Source: a virus
Lineage: Duplodnaviria > Caudoviricetes
Reading direction: 5' to 3' (one strand)
IMG/VR virus record: IMGVR_UViG_3300047545_000306
Location: 39,151 to 103,150 of that record
DNA length: 64,000 nt
The notes below the pieces were generated by a model. That model did not search any database and was not told the DNA's origin. It worked only from the letters and a program-made list of their open reading frames with translations. Position 1 is the stretch's first letter, and each line of letters opens with the position of its first letter. Positions 30,501 through 39,342 of the stretch are shown piece by piece. Both the position numbers and the translations under genes were made by a program.

Positions 30501-33084
30501 TTTCTGCTGCTGCTCTATCTAGGACCTTCTTAATTCCTTCTGCTGACATTCCAGCATTTTGCATGTGTCTTGCGTAGTTATCGTAGATCTCTCCGCCTGT
30601 ACCAACATAAGCCTTCTTGGCTACAGATGCGTCAAACGCCTTGTTTCCCAAGTTATTAATTGCTTGTGGTTGTCTGATAACTGCCTCAGTAAAAGCGGTA
30701 AGCTTTGTTGTCGCTGGGTTTGCACCTGCGGCTCGCATTCTCTTTTCTTCCAAAGCTAGCTTAGTTCTAATCTCTGAGACAGCTTTTTCTCCAAGAACTT
30801 CAACGCTCTGAATAATTTCCGCAATTGTCATTTTGACACCGTCTCTTAGGTGTCCCATCTGAATTGCGTCTGTTCGTGCGATTTCTGCAGAAGGAGCATT
30901 TGGATTTCTTCCCAGGCTAGATACATATCCACCGATTGAATATTTTGCAATATTTCCAGATATCAGGCTGGCGACTAGTGCTGGATTTCTTGCAACTGAT
31001 GCTGCTGGTATAACGGCTTCACCGTTCGATAGCATGGCTGGGATTTCGTCTGAGGTTCCAGTTCCAGGACCACGTACAATGCCTCCTGAAGCCAACCTCG
31101 TGCCAATAGGACCCCTAGGAACTCCTGCACCCATAAATGCTCTTTGTGCTACAGTCGCTCTTCTGTATGCTCCGATCAAAAGACCAACGGCTTCTGCCTC
31201 AGAGGTGAATGTTTGCTTTAGCTTGTTGTGAACCTGATCTAGTGATGCAGCGACTGCCTTTTCATTTAGCTGTGCTTCTGTAAGATAGTTTGTCTGCTCT
31301 CCGAGAGCTTTGTTGGACTTACCAAGGTTATTGAAGAAAGACTTTACGCTAACAAAAAGCTTAATTATGTTTGCGATACCGTTGGCTACAAGACCAACAA
31401 CCATCAGAACCACTGGACCAAAGCCAGCGACACCAATGGTCATGTTTGTTAGGAACGACTTAAACCCATCGTCCATCTTGTTGAAGTTGGCAAGTGCCTC
31501 AGTAAGGAATTTTGCAATTGGAGTAACAGCCTTTACGAACTGCTCTCCCAGTGGTACTAGAGTTACCTTAAGCTCTGCAACAGCCTTTTGAAACTTCATC
31601 ATTGGAGAGTCTGATACACGCTTTAGCTCTCGCTCCGCTAGGATTGATAGCTCAGCCTTAGACTTCTGACCAATTTCAGTTACCGTCGCAGCTTGGCTGT
31701 TTGCATCAGTTACGTTTTTCAATAGGGCTGAGATACGTGAGAACTGGAACTTTCCGAATAGCTTTTCAATTGCCTGTGCACGGTTTAGTGGGTCAAGCTT
31801 GTTTAATGCGTTTCCAAGTTCTACAACAGTATTCTTAATGTTGCCCTTGTTGCCTGTAACAATACCATTTAGATTAATGTTAAACTTTGCTAGGAATTCT
31901 GTTGCTGCCTTGCTAGGGTTAATTATGGATGCAAGACCAGACTTAAGTGCGTTAGCACCCTGTGCTGCGTTAATTCCACCTTCCTTCATTGCTGTTAGGA
32001 AGAAGGCTAGATCCTTGACATCTCCACCAAGCTGTTGAACAATAGGTGCAGCTCTTGGGATAGCTTCAGTCATATCGTCAAGGCTGAGGATGGTTTGGTT
32101 CTGTGTGAAGTTAAGGAAGTTGATATTCTCTGCAAGATCTTTAGATGCAATACCAAAGGCGTTGGTTAGAGATATGGTAGTTTCTAGAGCCTTGTTCTGA
32201 TCAATACCGCCGAGGGCAGCCATTCGACTTGTTTCTCTAACCTGTGTTAGAAGCTCTTGCCCCTGCTTACCAGTAGCAGCAATTGTAGCAGCAAGCTCCA
32301 TTGTGTCTGCAACCTGAATACCATACTGGGTAAACTCGGTACCAATTTGCTTAATGTTCTCGGCAATTTTTCTAGTCTCAGCTTCTGAAGTACTTAGGTC
32401 TCCATAGACACGACGTAGCTTAAGTGATGCGGTCTCTAGTGCCATGTAGGTCTTTGCGGCTGCTGAGCCAAGCATTAGAAGTGGAACGGTGAAGCCAACC
32501 ATAAGCTGTCTACCAGCCCACTGAGTGTTCTTACCCCAGTTTAGAAGGTTTGTCGATCCCTGCTTCAATAGCTGATTTAGAAGTTGTTGCTTTTGTGCAG
32601 CAATAGCTGTTTTTGTGGCAAGGTTTTCCATGTCAAGGGTTAGCGGTCTTACGGCTATTGCCTTCATGGCACCGTTTGCATCACGACCCATCTTGATGTA
32701 TTGGGTCTGTAGGTCCTTGACACGTTCACGTGCCACCTTGTTCATTGTGTTGAACTCAGAGGTGAACATTCTTCCGAATGTTTTTGAAGCCCCACCAGCA
32801 TAACGGAAGTACTCTCCCATTGAGAGTTTGTTGGCTTGTAGGGCTCTTGAGAAAGACTCTGTACTTGTTTGTACAGTTCTTAGGTTAGCTTGGAATTTGC
32901 CAGTAGCGTTTATGGAGTTTAGCAGGTTCTGCTGCATTCCTGCTGCTAGCTGGGCTTGGGCTGCTCCACCCTTTGCCATTTGTGTTTGGAAGGCTGAGAT
33001 TTGCGATTGCAAAAGTTTGATACTTGACAACGCTTGTGAAGTATCAACATTAATCCGTATAGTGGACTGAATATTCTCAGCCAT
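24586..33084 (-). CDS. Tape measure protein
   Basis: 2832 aa, Ala-rich helical; TP901-like core (GANALKSGL), hydrophobic segments, follows the chaperones. Confidence 0.93.
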   Translation of the reverse strand: MAENIQSTIRINVDTSQALSSIKLLQSQISAFQTQMAKGGAAQAQLAAGMQQNLLNSINATGKFQANLRTVQTSTESFSRALQANKLSMGEYFRYAGGASKTFGRMFTSEFNTMNKVARERVKDLQTQYIKMGRDANGAMKAIAVRPLTLDMENLATKTAIAAQKQQLLNQLLKQGSTNLLNWGKNTQWAGRQLMVGFTVPLLMLGSAAAKTYMALETASLKLRRVYGDLSTSEAETRKIAENIKQIGTEFTQYGIQVADTMELAATIAATGKQGQELLTQVRETSRMAALGGIDQNKALETTISLTNAFGIASKDLAENINFLNFTQNQTILSLDDMTEAIPRAAPIVQQLGGDVKDLAFFLTAMKEGGINAAQGANALKSGLASIINPSKAATEFLAKFNINLNGIVTGNKGNIKNTVVELGNALNKLDPLNRAQAIEKLFGKFQFSRISALLKNVTDANSQAATVTEIGQKSKAELSILAERELKRVSDSPMMKFQKAVAELKVTLVPLGEQFVKAVTPIAKFLTEALANFNKMDDGFKSFLTNMTIGVAGFGPVVLMVVGLVANGIANIIKLFVSVKSFFNNLGKSNKALGEQTNYLTEAQLNEKAVAASLDQVHNKLKQTFTSEAEAVGLLIGAYRRATVAQRAFMGAGVPRGPIGTRLASGGIVRGPGTGTSDEIPAMLSNGEAVIPAASVARNPALVASLISGNIAKYSIGGYVSSLGRNPNAPSAEIARTDAIQMGHLRDGVKMTIAEIIQSVEVLGEKAVSEIRTKLALEEKRMRAAGANPATTKLTAFTEAVIRQPQAINNLGNKAFDASVAKKAYVGTGGEIYDNYARHMQNAGMSAEGIKKVLDRAAAEMQISLGALDDKAQLTVVDLGKMAESALEVAVSGDSLSKQEQIAKQTIARVSQTRMSWTEFGTTNNRKGMRDSYKFNAEKNEKIATQIFGPKAAYGAGTGKARPDVDMMARNGVQYSPRAVTQSLSNLQFLGGKYEAAANDLISELNRTKKSPAEFRAAIQKLDRTLMEASDGAFNLAKMENELAAKMKQRTVTTQSGKSSQAVATEKAFGIQSPSKEEIKIATDRVAGFKQGMQTAVKQESQSGRALGKSSGEAFGLAAKTAVVASSKQMPRFFGPQPGMVINTSNAQNYVKPVPTAFQTAMAGAKTNFSREMGWVKQEFQQIITPIKTALQAAKGQVRSDAIFVEGSIKKALRTAVPESSLMGQAFKKLSSTMSVAKTNFSREWQWIKEDFLGGAKKMKAGAVDLEAEMTRMGKIFGTTSRIAQAALARGDMSAVLTKKAMSALSSAMPQTVVAAQKSAWASLIASMKAASNSVKEFGVNAATSAKKAATGTKTAFVSASTATATAMKQAWYRVNPTAGLRSELAAKIALAKGQKETIAQTITETRLKTEESKAIVAAVAAEKKITEARIAEIQAMLRGDAGIKKSASTRGNFLGSMFDNEKGGKGKMGAGMALSMLPMAMSMSGDKKMQDIGNQMMMPAMAASTALMMIPGPAGWVVAGLIGLATVVTMVIDMMNKAKEAGIKMANSMTMTDGKLVELSKVYKTVSATEEATRNRKDLNSGILSSKKDNGIATQMLNNTSFGKSLVAGIKTQQASGATDSDIGSNIATQLSTAMLEGVITDAQAKAIAKGLGDKLKNYKISAEIIGNLNQIVGPNGEALTANPGQVASEITRRGAEQTSNMFAMAQQKNAELSQQSALNTGQSVTMGVGAVAAGLGAAAAVTGATGVGIPVAAVLAGLAGVVLAVGAVANGFEAAANEAEKLQYRTAAVQLAANQVKSNQQMLDSLNAQFDKLKQIHNTEADINKLEAMRVKAIDEQTAASDQFYNSLAANYNTDGAGFKDSIAASIDTLYKDNAGMKTLADAALANVETNVKDTKMKVTLETALAAGTSPSTVDMLTKIVSKDAATSKNVQLAFSAKGNAEVDNLVNMLGSSGATQDTVTKTINLAMQNKGADWNNVKDAIVQINTLKNTYGVKIDINSANLAQISKDLGLINKLKSPITKKVVSTILETDAGKNNQTLQTLNDNWSKIVGSKSSVSKTVIMNVIAMGEQAVLDAYMGSIGAEGARYTAGALATGGKDVKNQIVVAAYKQQIAAQAEVERLLKAAGVLDTGTPSSPSGSGDKATNLFTQVNKGILDNTLEGTLRAKGYAKDFVSMITSADVLTQKLYTTIGKDGVRVLNANGIKLAAAYDKEILGDFTNKVAETAAALKLEGDMRTDLIAKGWSYAEASKAAADADYQGAYAAILRTKTGQAQAIALADLKTKWDAATAAQEKNTLQKTVGDFMTKQSQGLVDVKNQTAAITKLVAAGTTYSDALELVKDTTLANAIANSSNNDELKAAIKLYNELKKALEGAKTPAEKFQEAFDKAALQLDNEKNKKELEFKLDPAVIAANATIASANDSIAKNQYVLDQYNAGLTKISQQEDLINKKYEDRAAALEKVSVINQQIAEQEKGKISLAEALAKGDISAAAKAMADIRARNAQYAIDNKKKALEDAKQKELDSVTVLVNGKSMTRKQIEDQVKVLENDILDIQQKQLAPATELVRLKQVQLDKDIVLIDLEKSRWDRLNTQINDAKNGVYDYTKALIAAQDLANNAYKQYLNPNAVPGSTPPAATTTTTPPATTTTTTTTAELRAPYTYDPTRQAVVQTGQARVVTWVAYSPDGGVTFYDKAKGGNLVKLSGSSISPTVVTPPPPPKTPKTPPPELSMLPRRTLEAMGYFADGGFAKGTDTIPAMLTPGEFIVRKYAVDNFGVDNLKAINNGTYNGESVYNYNLSVSLNGSNMNANDVADVVMSKIKQIDSQRIRGNRL

Positions 33085-33107
33085 CCGTAAACACCCTCTT
33101 TTTTATT

Positions 33108-33422
33108 TTAGATATTGATGAGGTTGGTGTCCCCAAGTTTAATACCTGAAGCACCCTCAATTATCTTATAGACTGTAGGAAGATCTAGGATCTCCTCTAG
33201 AGTCTTTGCATCTGTGCCAAGTTCTGGCTTGTACTGCTTTAGTGCGATGCCCACACAAGTCATAAGCAAGTCCATAGACTTGTCATTGTCATCCGCAACT
33301 TCTGAAATCTTTTCGAATGTCTTCATGAAATCACGAAGTAGAGAGATCTTTAGCGGCTTAGTTGTAATTTCGGTGCCATCACCCAGCACAATTGTCTGTG
33401 CCTCATTAACTGTTGTAGTCAT
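33108..33422 (-). CDS. Tail assembly chaperone (G-like, short)
   Basis: Position before the tape measure; paralog of the N-terminal half of 33467..34168; AGGAGG SD. Confidence 0.75.
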   Translation of the reverse strand: MTTTVNEAQTIVLGDGTEITTKPLKISLLRDFMKTFEKISEVADDNDKSMDLLMTCVGIALKQYKPELGTDAKTLEEILDLPTVYKIIEGASGIKLGDTNLINI

Positions 33423-33466
33423 TTGTTTTCCTCCTAATTAGGTTTATATAATTATATCATAGTCGT

Positions 33467-34168
33467 CTAGTTTACACGCTGATAATCTAGACCCATGCCA
33501 ATTCCGAAGCCTGCTTTTTCGGCGTTGACTCCTTGTAGTGCTAAAATATCATTCGAATCCTTTGCCTGACCCTTACTGAATACCCTAGCTTTCATTTCTT
33601 CCCAAGCATTTGAGTTGTCGTTTCCAGTTTCCTTGTCTAGGTCAACACCCTGCATTGCTGCCAAAAACTTTTTGTCTGAATAGTCAAACTCTCTTTTTGA
33701 TCCAAGTGTTGTCATTAGCTCTGGTAGCGACAATGATAGCTCAAGTTCTTCATAGCTCTTCCATATTCCCAGTGTAAATGCTTCTGACTCTAGCTTAGCG
33801 AGGTCAAGCGAGTCCCACGTACCGCCATCTTTTCCAGTACTGTCTTCTTTTGCTTGTTCTTGGACTGGCTTTTCTTCATCTTCGCCCAACTTAATACCAG
33901 CAGCAAAATCTAGCACCTTGTATAAGCTTTTGATATCTATACTATCCTCTACATCTTCTACCGTTTTTAGCGATGGGCAGAACTGCTTCATTGCTATTCT
34001 TACGCAGTCAACTAGTGGGGCTAAGCCATCGTCTGCTGTTGTAGCTTTCTTCATGTCCTGAAATCTGTCCATGAGCTCTCTAAGATATCTAATCTTTAGT
34101 GGAGATACCTCAACGATCGTACCGTCGATCAGTTCAATGTATCCAATATCATATACTTTAGTAGCCAT
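33467..34168 (-). CDS. Tail assembly chaperone (GT-like, long)
   Basis: G-like N-domain plus C-terminal domain (LGIWKSYEELELSLSLPEL). Confidence 0.75.
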   Translation of the reverse strand: MATKVYDIGYIELIDGTIVEVSPLKIRYLRELMDRFQDMKKATTADDGLAPLVDCVRIAMKQFCPSLKTVEDVEDSIDIKSLYKVLDFAAGIKLGEDEEKPVQEQAKEDSTGKDGGTWDSLDLAKLESEAFTLGIWKSYEELELSLSLPELMTTLGSKREFDYSDKKFLAAMQGVDLDKETGNDNSNAWEEMKARVFSKGQAKDSNDILALQGVNAEKAGFGIGMGLDYQRVN

Positions 34169-34185
34169 TAATACAGTATACCAAA

Positions 34186-34218
34186 TACAAAACCCCCCAG
34201 TGTTTAAACTGGAGGGTT
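34186..34218 (-). terminator. Intrinsic terminator after major tail gene
   Basis: AACCCTCCAGT-ttaaac-ACTGGGGGGTT hairpin followed by TTGTATTT. Confidence 0.7.
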
Positions 34219-34240
34219 CTGCTATTAAGTTATATTTTGA

Positions 34241-34879
34241 TTACACTGCAGCAGGGATAGTACGATCTACGATCTTACCATATGATGCATTGTCGTTTGG
34301 TAGCAAACGGAACGATACTTCGAACTCGGTTGCTGCGTCACGCTTAGCTGATACTGTTACGCTTTCAATTGAAAGTGCACGATATGCTGCGTAGATACGC
34401 TCAATAGAGCTACCTGCAGCACAGTCACCAGTACCTGGACCAACGGCTACTAGACCTCGCTCAACAGGACATTCTCCAATGTCACCTGCTGAAAGATTTA
34501 GTGTTGGACCAACGTTAGCTACGTTAGTCAAATCTGAATCCTTGCCTGCTAGTGCGAACAGCAAGTTCTCAAGAGTTGCCTCAGCGAAGGTTGTCTTTAG
34601 GTTAACCTTCATACCTTGCTTGTAAAGCTTTGCAACGTCAAGAACCTGGTCAACCTTAACTTCACCGAAGTCAGGCTGGAACATGATTTCCAAACCGTTA
34701 GATGTGTATCCAACGTTACGGAAGTCAGCTGCGTTTGCAGTTGCTGATAGTGTTTCTCTGAAAGACTCACCGTCAACGTAATCAGGTAGATCAGCTTCAG
34801 TTAGTGTACCTGCTTCGTATGTAAATAGAGCAGCTGCACCAACGATAATTTGATTGCTTGAACCACGTGTATATGCCAT
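34241..34879 (-). CDS. Major tail (tube) protein
   Basis: IIVGAA, VGYTSNG, VDQ, AEATLENL motifs; GAGGTG SD; position before the chaperones. Confidence 0.85.
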   Translation of the reverse strand: MAYTRGSSNQIIVGAAALFTYEAGTLTEADLPDYVDGESFRETLSATANAADFRNVGYTSNGLEIMFQPDFGEVKVDQVLDVAKLYKQGMKVNLKTTFAEATLENLLFALAGKDSDLTNVANVGPTLNLSAGDIGECPVERGLVAVGPGTGDCAAGSSIERIYAAYRALSIESVTVSAKRDAATEFEVSFRLLPNDNASYGKIVDRTIPAAV

Positions 34880-34953
34880 AATATTTCACCTCATTTTCCT
34901 TTATAGATTTTGTAGGCGTGTTTCCTCAAGATAAGTATACCAGCCTTTTTGTA

Positions 34954-35574
34954 CTAATATGACTTGTGCCAGTCATATTCAATAATTATTTTATTGCCAG
35001 CATACGTTCTGGCTGTGCCAAAGTCAACGATATCTCTGGTCTCTTGTAGCTGATATATCTTAAAATTGTGGAAGTACGGCATGGGCATATCTTCATAAGA
35101 AGTTCTGGATGCATTATATAGCCTCTTTGTCTTACAAACCTTTCCATCCACCTCAGTCTCTGCTCCGTCTGGTAGGGCTGCAATCCATCTGTTTATGTCT
35201 TCTGCTGACTCATCACCATTATCAAAAAGATCGCTGATCACCTGCTGCAGGTATATGATCTTTGCTGGAGCTTCCATGGTTGTTGCATAGAAGTAGTATA
35301 GGAGCTGCTCGCACTTGATGTGTGGGAATGGACCCCTACGCATTCTAAACATTCTGTCATATATTCCAGCTAGACCCTCATTGGTAACTGGAACCTGTAG
35401 TCCAGTCTGCAGTGCGTCAAATATGTGCCTGTATTCTAGTGCTAGCGATGCTATGTCTGTTGGCATTGTTGGGAATAGCGGAAGCGAACCAAGGTTAAGA
35501 GAGGCATACCTAGTAGCAACCTTCTCCTGTAGATACTGGTTGACAAATATTGGTGGATGGTAGATTACGGTCAT
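34954..35574 (-). CDS. Tail terminator/completion protein (putative)
   Basis: Position upstream of the major tail gene. Confidence 0.5.
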   Translation of the reverse strand: MTVIYHPPIFVNQYLQEKVATRYASLNLGSLPLFPTMPTDIASLALEYRHIFDALQTGLQVPVTNEGLAGIYDRMFRMRRGPFPHIKCEQLLYYFYATTMEAPAKIIYLQQVISDLFDNGDESAEDINRWIAALPDGAETEVDGKVCKTKRLYNASRTSYEDMPMPYFHNFKIYQLQETRDIVDFGTARTYAGNKIIIEYDWHKSY

Positions 35575-36242
35575 TATGATGCTATTCCTTTACTTATCCA
35601 ATTATATCCTACTTTTGTCCCCAATGCTTTACCGCCAGTTTTTGCAGAAACAAAGTTGGTTTTAAAGTCTTTTGGATTTTTTAAGTGCTGTGTAATTCCC
35701 GAAGCTTGCATATACGACTGAGTGAAATACTGGTTGAAGAAAGTGTTAAATGCCTCTTCATACGAACCCTCTGCTGCTCGTCCTCCTGGGTCCAATACTG
35801 TAACGCCATTCTTTGTAAAGACCTCTTCTCCGTCAACATTGAATACTAGAACGTCTGACTTTTTGGGCTCTATTCTAACTGGTATTCCAGCTTCCATGAT
35901 TCTGGCTTTGTCATAAAATGGCACATTCGATCCGTTCTTGATTGATCGTGATTGGCTGAAAGTTGAGTTTATCGTTAGACCGCCTGCTTCAGCGTAATAG
36001 TCTAGCTCAAACAGTCTTGAGTCTGGGCTACCTGCCTGATACCATTCGTATACATGCTGTAGTGATGCTGGGTCAACCCTAGCATTTGAGTCTACGAATT
36101 GCTTAAAAGATTCTATGGCAGATTTTCCTATTTCTAGTATGAGTGGGTCTCTTCCCATCTCTGCACCGTTCATAAACCCATTGGCATAACCAATAATATT
36201 TGTCATGTCTTTTATAAATTGCTTGTCATCAAATGTGAACAT
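35574..36242 (-). CDS. Neck/tail completion protein (putative)
   Basis: Head-tail junction synteny. Confidence 0.5.
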   Translation of the reverse strand: MFTFDDKQFIKDMTNIIGYANGFMNGAEMGRDPLILEIGKSAIESFKQFVDSNARVDPASLQHVYEWYQAGSPDSRLFELDYYAEAGGLTINSTFSQSRSIKNGSNVPFYDKARIMEAGIPVRIEPKKSDVLVFNVDGEEVFTKNGVTVLDPGGRAAEGSYEEAFNTFFNQYFTQSYMQASGITQHLKNPKDFKTNFVSAKTGGKALGTKVGYNWISKGIAS

Positions 36243-36691
36243 TAAATGTCTACCGCCTGATTATCTGAACGAGCAAGGACAACCTTGAAATATTCTACAG
36301 AACCAAAGGCACCTACGATTGGGCTGAATGTAGATATTTCGAATATTGTTGACTTGCCAGTACGGATACCAGACGATTCATTATAAATGATGTTGCCAGA
36401 AGAATCTCTAACATTAGCAATAACAATATTGGTCATTGCATTTAGGCTATCTCTGGTCGAAGACGTAATGTCACTCTTTGTTCTACCAACAAGGACGTTG
36501 TCTAAAGTTATGTTTGGATTAGTCTGAATATCCTGCTTATACTTTCTACCTGCAGGGGTAAAATTACAAGCAATAGTTCTGTCAAGAACCCACTGCTTCT
36601 GAACGTTTCCTAGAACGCCCTGCTCTACTATTGGATAATAGATGTCTGCAAGCATTGGGTAGATAATGCTAGTCTGCTCGCACTCAGCCAT
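36242..36691 (-). CDS. Head closure/stopper protein (putative)
   Basis: Size, beta-rich sequence and synteny. Confidence 0.55.
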   Translation of the reverse strand: MAECEQTSIIYPMLADIYYPIVEQGVLGNVQKQWVLDRTIACNFTPAGRKYKQDIQTNPNITLDNVLVGRTKSDITSSTRDSLNAMTNIVIANVRDSSGNIIYNESSGIRTGKSTIFEISTFSPIVGAFGSVEYFKVVLARSDNQAVDI

Positions 36692-37617
36692 TAGATAACT
36701 CCGATTTTTAGGGTTCCTCTAATATACTTATCAAGCATTCTATCTACTAGCATGTTTCCAGTGCCAGTGAAAGCATTGTCGTCGAACTTGATGGTGAACT
36801 GATCTGTGTCATATGAGTTAATGTATCTCTTGGCATAGTCAAGGTTTCCGCATTTTAGATCGTTAATTAGTATTGTAGTTGCAGTTGCAACGTCTGGTGG
36901 TATTGCACGGAAGCCTTCGTCAAGCACAAAGAGGTAGTCGTTTCCAAGCTGGAATGCTCCTCCAGTCTTTCTCTCAAATGTGTACTGAACGTCGCCTCTT
37001 GATATTGGCAGAGTTTGGTCTGGTAGGGTTTGCGAAATTCTATTATATTCTTCGTTAGAAACTTTTTGAATTGCTGAATTGTCTAGCGTAATAGAAAATG
37101 TGTAAGCATTAGTTGTTGGGTCTGCTGCATCCTTGTCATATACAAGAACATTATTTTCGTATACCTTTAGTACACGGTTTGCCATTCTCCATGTTGGCAT
37201 ATAATCTAATCCATTACCCTGGGATTGCAGGATTGACTTGTGGTTATAAAAACCATCATTGATGTATGTGTCGATAACTGAACGTGCGATTACCTCATAC
37301 ATTGCGTATTCCTTAATCTCAGATGGTGTGCTTCCTAGATCGGCTGGGTTTACGTAAGGTCTTATAATGCTCAGGTTCTCTTCGTAAATAATGTGCTCGT
37401 GGTCCTCGTCGTAAAAACGGATCAGGAACTCACGGTCGAATTCAACCTTTGATATTGGTATCTGGTAGGTGACTACCCCAGATGAGCTTGATGTAATGGT
37501 GGTCTCTTCAATTGAGTGATCCACCAAATCCTCCACATAGACGATATAATCGTAATTTGCATCTGGCAAATTCCATGTTGTTACTAGAGGATAAGGTGGA
37601 ACTCTCATGACCTGCAT
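36691..37617 (-). CDS. Head-tail adaptor
   Basis: ARSVIDTY...G...IPPDV..A...TGNMLVDRMLDKY adaptor pattern; start re-called at ATG 37617. Confidence 0.7.
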   Translation of the reverse strand: MQVMRVPPYPLVTTWNLPDANYDYIVYVEDLVDHSIEETTITSSSSGVVTYQIPISKVEFDREFLIRFYDEDHEHIIYEENLSIIRPYVNPADLGSTPSEIKEYAMYEVIARSVIDTYINDGFYNHKSILQSQGNGLDYMPTWRMANRVLKVYENNVLVYDKDAADPTTNAYTFSITLDNSAIQKVSNEEYNRISQTLPDQTLPISRGDVQYTFERKTGGAFQLGNDYLFVLDEGFRAIPPDVATATTILINDLKCGNLDYAKRYINSYDTDQFTIKFDDNAFTGTGNMLVDRMLDKYIRGTLKIGVI

Positions 37618-37618
37618 G

Positions 37619-38074
37619 TTACTTGCCGAACCCCTGTGCAACTTCTTGTGGAGTTGCTACTCTTACGTGGTTACGAGTTAGCCACTTGTCAGCCTGCTCC
37701 TGAGTTACAATATTGAAACCGCTGTATACCTTGCCAACACCGCTCCAAGTTACGTTACGAGTTGAGTGAATTGCTACGGTGTCTTCTTTAACTGCTGCTG
37801 GCTTCTTGGCTGCCTTTGGCTTTGGTGGTACTGGAACTGTAGTTGAGCCCATAGCTCCATCTCCAACAATACCAATTCCTGGCTGAGTTGGAACGCCAGC
37901 TGGCTCTGGGGCAGAAATTACATCTGATGCTACTACAGCTTCTTCAACCTTTTCAGTCTTCGAAACTTCTTCAATAGCCTCTTTGATCTCTTCTACCTTG
38001 TCCTCTGGAATTACTGTTTCGCCTTCAGCTAGAGTTGCTGGAAGGACTTCTTCGTTATTAATTTCTTCTGACAT
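37619..38074 (-). CDS. Hypothetical virion-associated protein
   Basis: Acidic/Pro-rich N-terminal part and compact C-domain; own TGTTATAAT promoter and AGGAGG SD. Confidence 0.6.
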   Translation of the reverse strand: MSEEINNEEVLPATLAEGETVIPEDKVEEIKEAIEEVSKTEKVEEAVVASDVISAPEPAGVPTQPGIGIVGDGAMGSTTVPVPPKPKAAKKPAAVKEDTVAIHSTRNVTWSGVGKVYSGFNIVTQEQADKWLTRNHVRVATPQEVAQGFGK

Positions 38075-38106
38075 AATAACCTCCTAAATAATAATTATAA
38101 CAGATA

Positions 38107-38148
38107 TTAAAAAAGAGGGCAGGAGCCGAAACCCCTGCCCCCTCTTAA
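38107..38148 (-). terminator. Intrinsic terminator after major capsid gene
   Basis: GGGCAGGGGT-TTCG-GCTCCTGCCC hairpin followed by a T run. Confidence 0.8.
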
Positions 38149-38165
38149 AAGGTATGCTCTACAGA

Positions 38166-39314
38166 TTATGCATCTGCTGCAGCATCAGCGAATGCAATTG
38201 CATCCTGCTCTTCCCACTGAACGCCGAATCTTACGAATACGGTGTACTCAATGGTGTCCTTCTTTGGCTTGTACTCACGGTTGACAGTGATGTCACGCTG
38301 GAATCCCCAAATACGGTTCTGAGGAAATGTAAGATCTACATAGCCTGCAGGGTAGTAAGGAACTTCCTGAACATCGATGCCTAGAACACGAGTAGTACGT
38401 GCTCCACCGAAGGTCTGTCCATTGCCATCTAGGTATGCCTGGCGGTTTGCAGGAGTACCCGATGGGGTACCAGCAAATGCCTCAGCGATTGCGTCAGCTA
38501 GAGTACCGTTGTGCTTAATGATACCCTGGAATGCATCGGTACCAGCGTAGAACTTAAGGTTGTTCTTAAGTGCACGGTACTTACGAGGCATTGCAAGAAT
38601 AATCTTCTGCATTACATCAGTAGTCCAAGCGTCATCTGCAACAGTAACGACTGCTTCGTGAGCATAGCCATCATTCTGGGTCTTGTTAACAAAACCGTTC
38701 ATAATGCCTAGGAATGCTCCATCGCCTGAATCACCAGTACCATTAATGGCTAGATCTTCAATGTCATTTGCGAATGCATTTGTCATTAGACGAACTAGGT
38801 GGTCCTCAAGAGCACCTCCTTCAATACCGTCTTCGATAGCTTCAGCTGAAACTTCCCAGTCCAAGCGAATCTTCTTGGTGGTTAGTTCAACCTTTGTGAA
38901 TGTTGCTCCAGCGTTGGTGTAGTCACCAAGTGCCTGAGCAGCAGCACGAATTACTCTTTCGCCAACGTTAACCTTCTCAAGCTCCATAGTGTTAGCTCTC
39001 ATAGTTACACGACGACCATCCTTGGCGAGAACTGTAGCATCCCATACGTAGTCAATAAAACGACGTGCCTGTTCAGGGCGTAGGATACCAGATCCAGCTT
39101 CTCCCGAAGGATTGACTGCGTTAGCACCAGTAGTAACACCAAATGCTGCTGTTGGAATGTTTCCAACTGCTGCACCGTTTAGGTAGTTACCTGGAACGTT
39201 TGCACCAGCCTCAGAACCAGATGCGAATGCACCCTGTCCCTGATAAAGACCAGGCGTTGTACCGCCTAGATTACCAGATGTTCCTGGCTGATTTTTAATA
39301 ATTTCTTCCGACAT
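38166..39314 (-). CDS. Major capsid protein (HK97 fold)
   Basis: ILRPEQARRFID, EDGIEG, FANDIEDLAING; GGAGGTG SD before ATG 39314. Confidence 0.9.
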   Translation of the reverse strand: MSEEIIKNQPGTSGNLGGTTPGLYQGQGAFASGSEAGANVPGNYLNGAAVGNIPTAAFGVTTGANAVNPSGEAGSGILRPEQARRFIDYVWDATVLAKDGRRVTMRANTMELEKVNVGERVIRAAAQALGDYTNAGATFTKVELTTKKIRLDWEVSAEAIEDGIEGGALEDHLVRLMTNAFANDIEDLAINGTGDSGDGAFLGIMNGFVNKTQNDGYAHEAVVTVADDAWTTDVMQKIILAMPRKYRALKNNLKFYAGTDAFQGIIKHNGTLADAIAEAFAGTPSGTPANRQAYLDGNGQTFGGARTTRVLGIDVQEVPYYPAGYVDLTFPQNRIWGFQRDITVNREYKPKKDTIEYTVFVRFGVQWEEQDAIAFADAAADA

Positions 39315-39342
39315 ATTGTTCACCTCCTAAAGTGATTTTAAT

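Noticed and set aside
33085-33422. Programmed frameshift in the tail chaperone
   Set aside because: Only 23 bp separate the short chaperone stop from the tape measure start, so there is no T frame; the long form is a separate in-frame gene.
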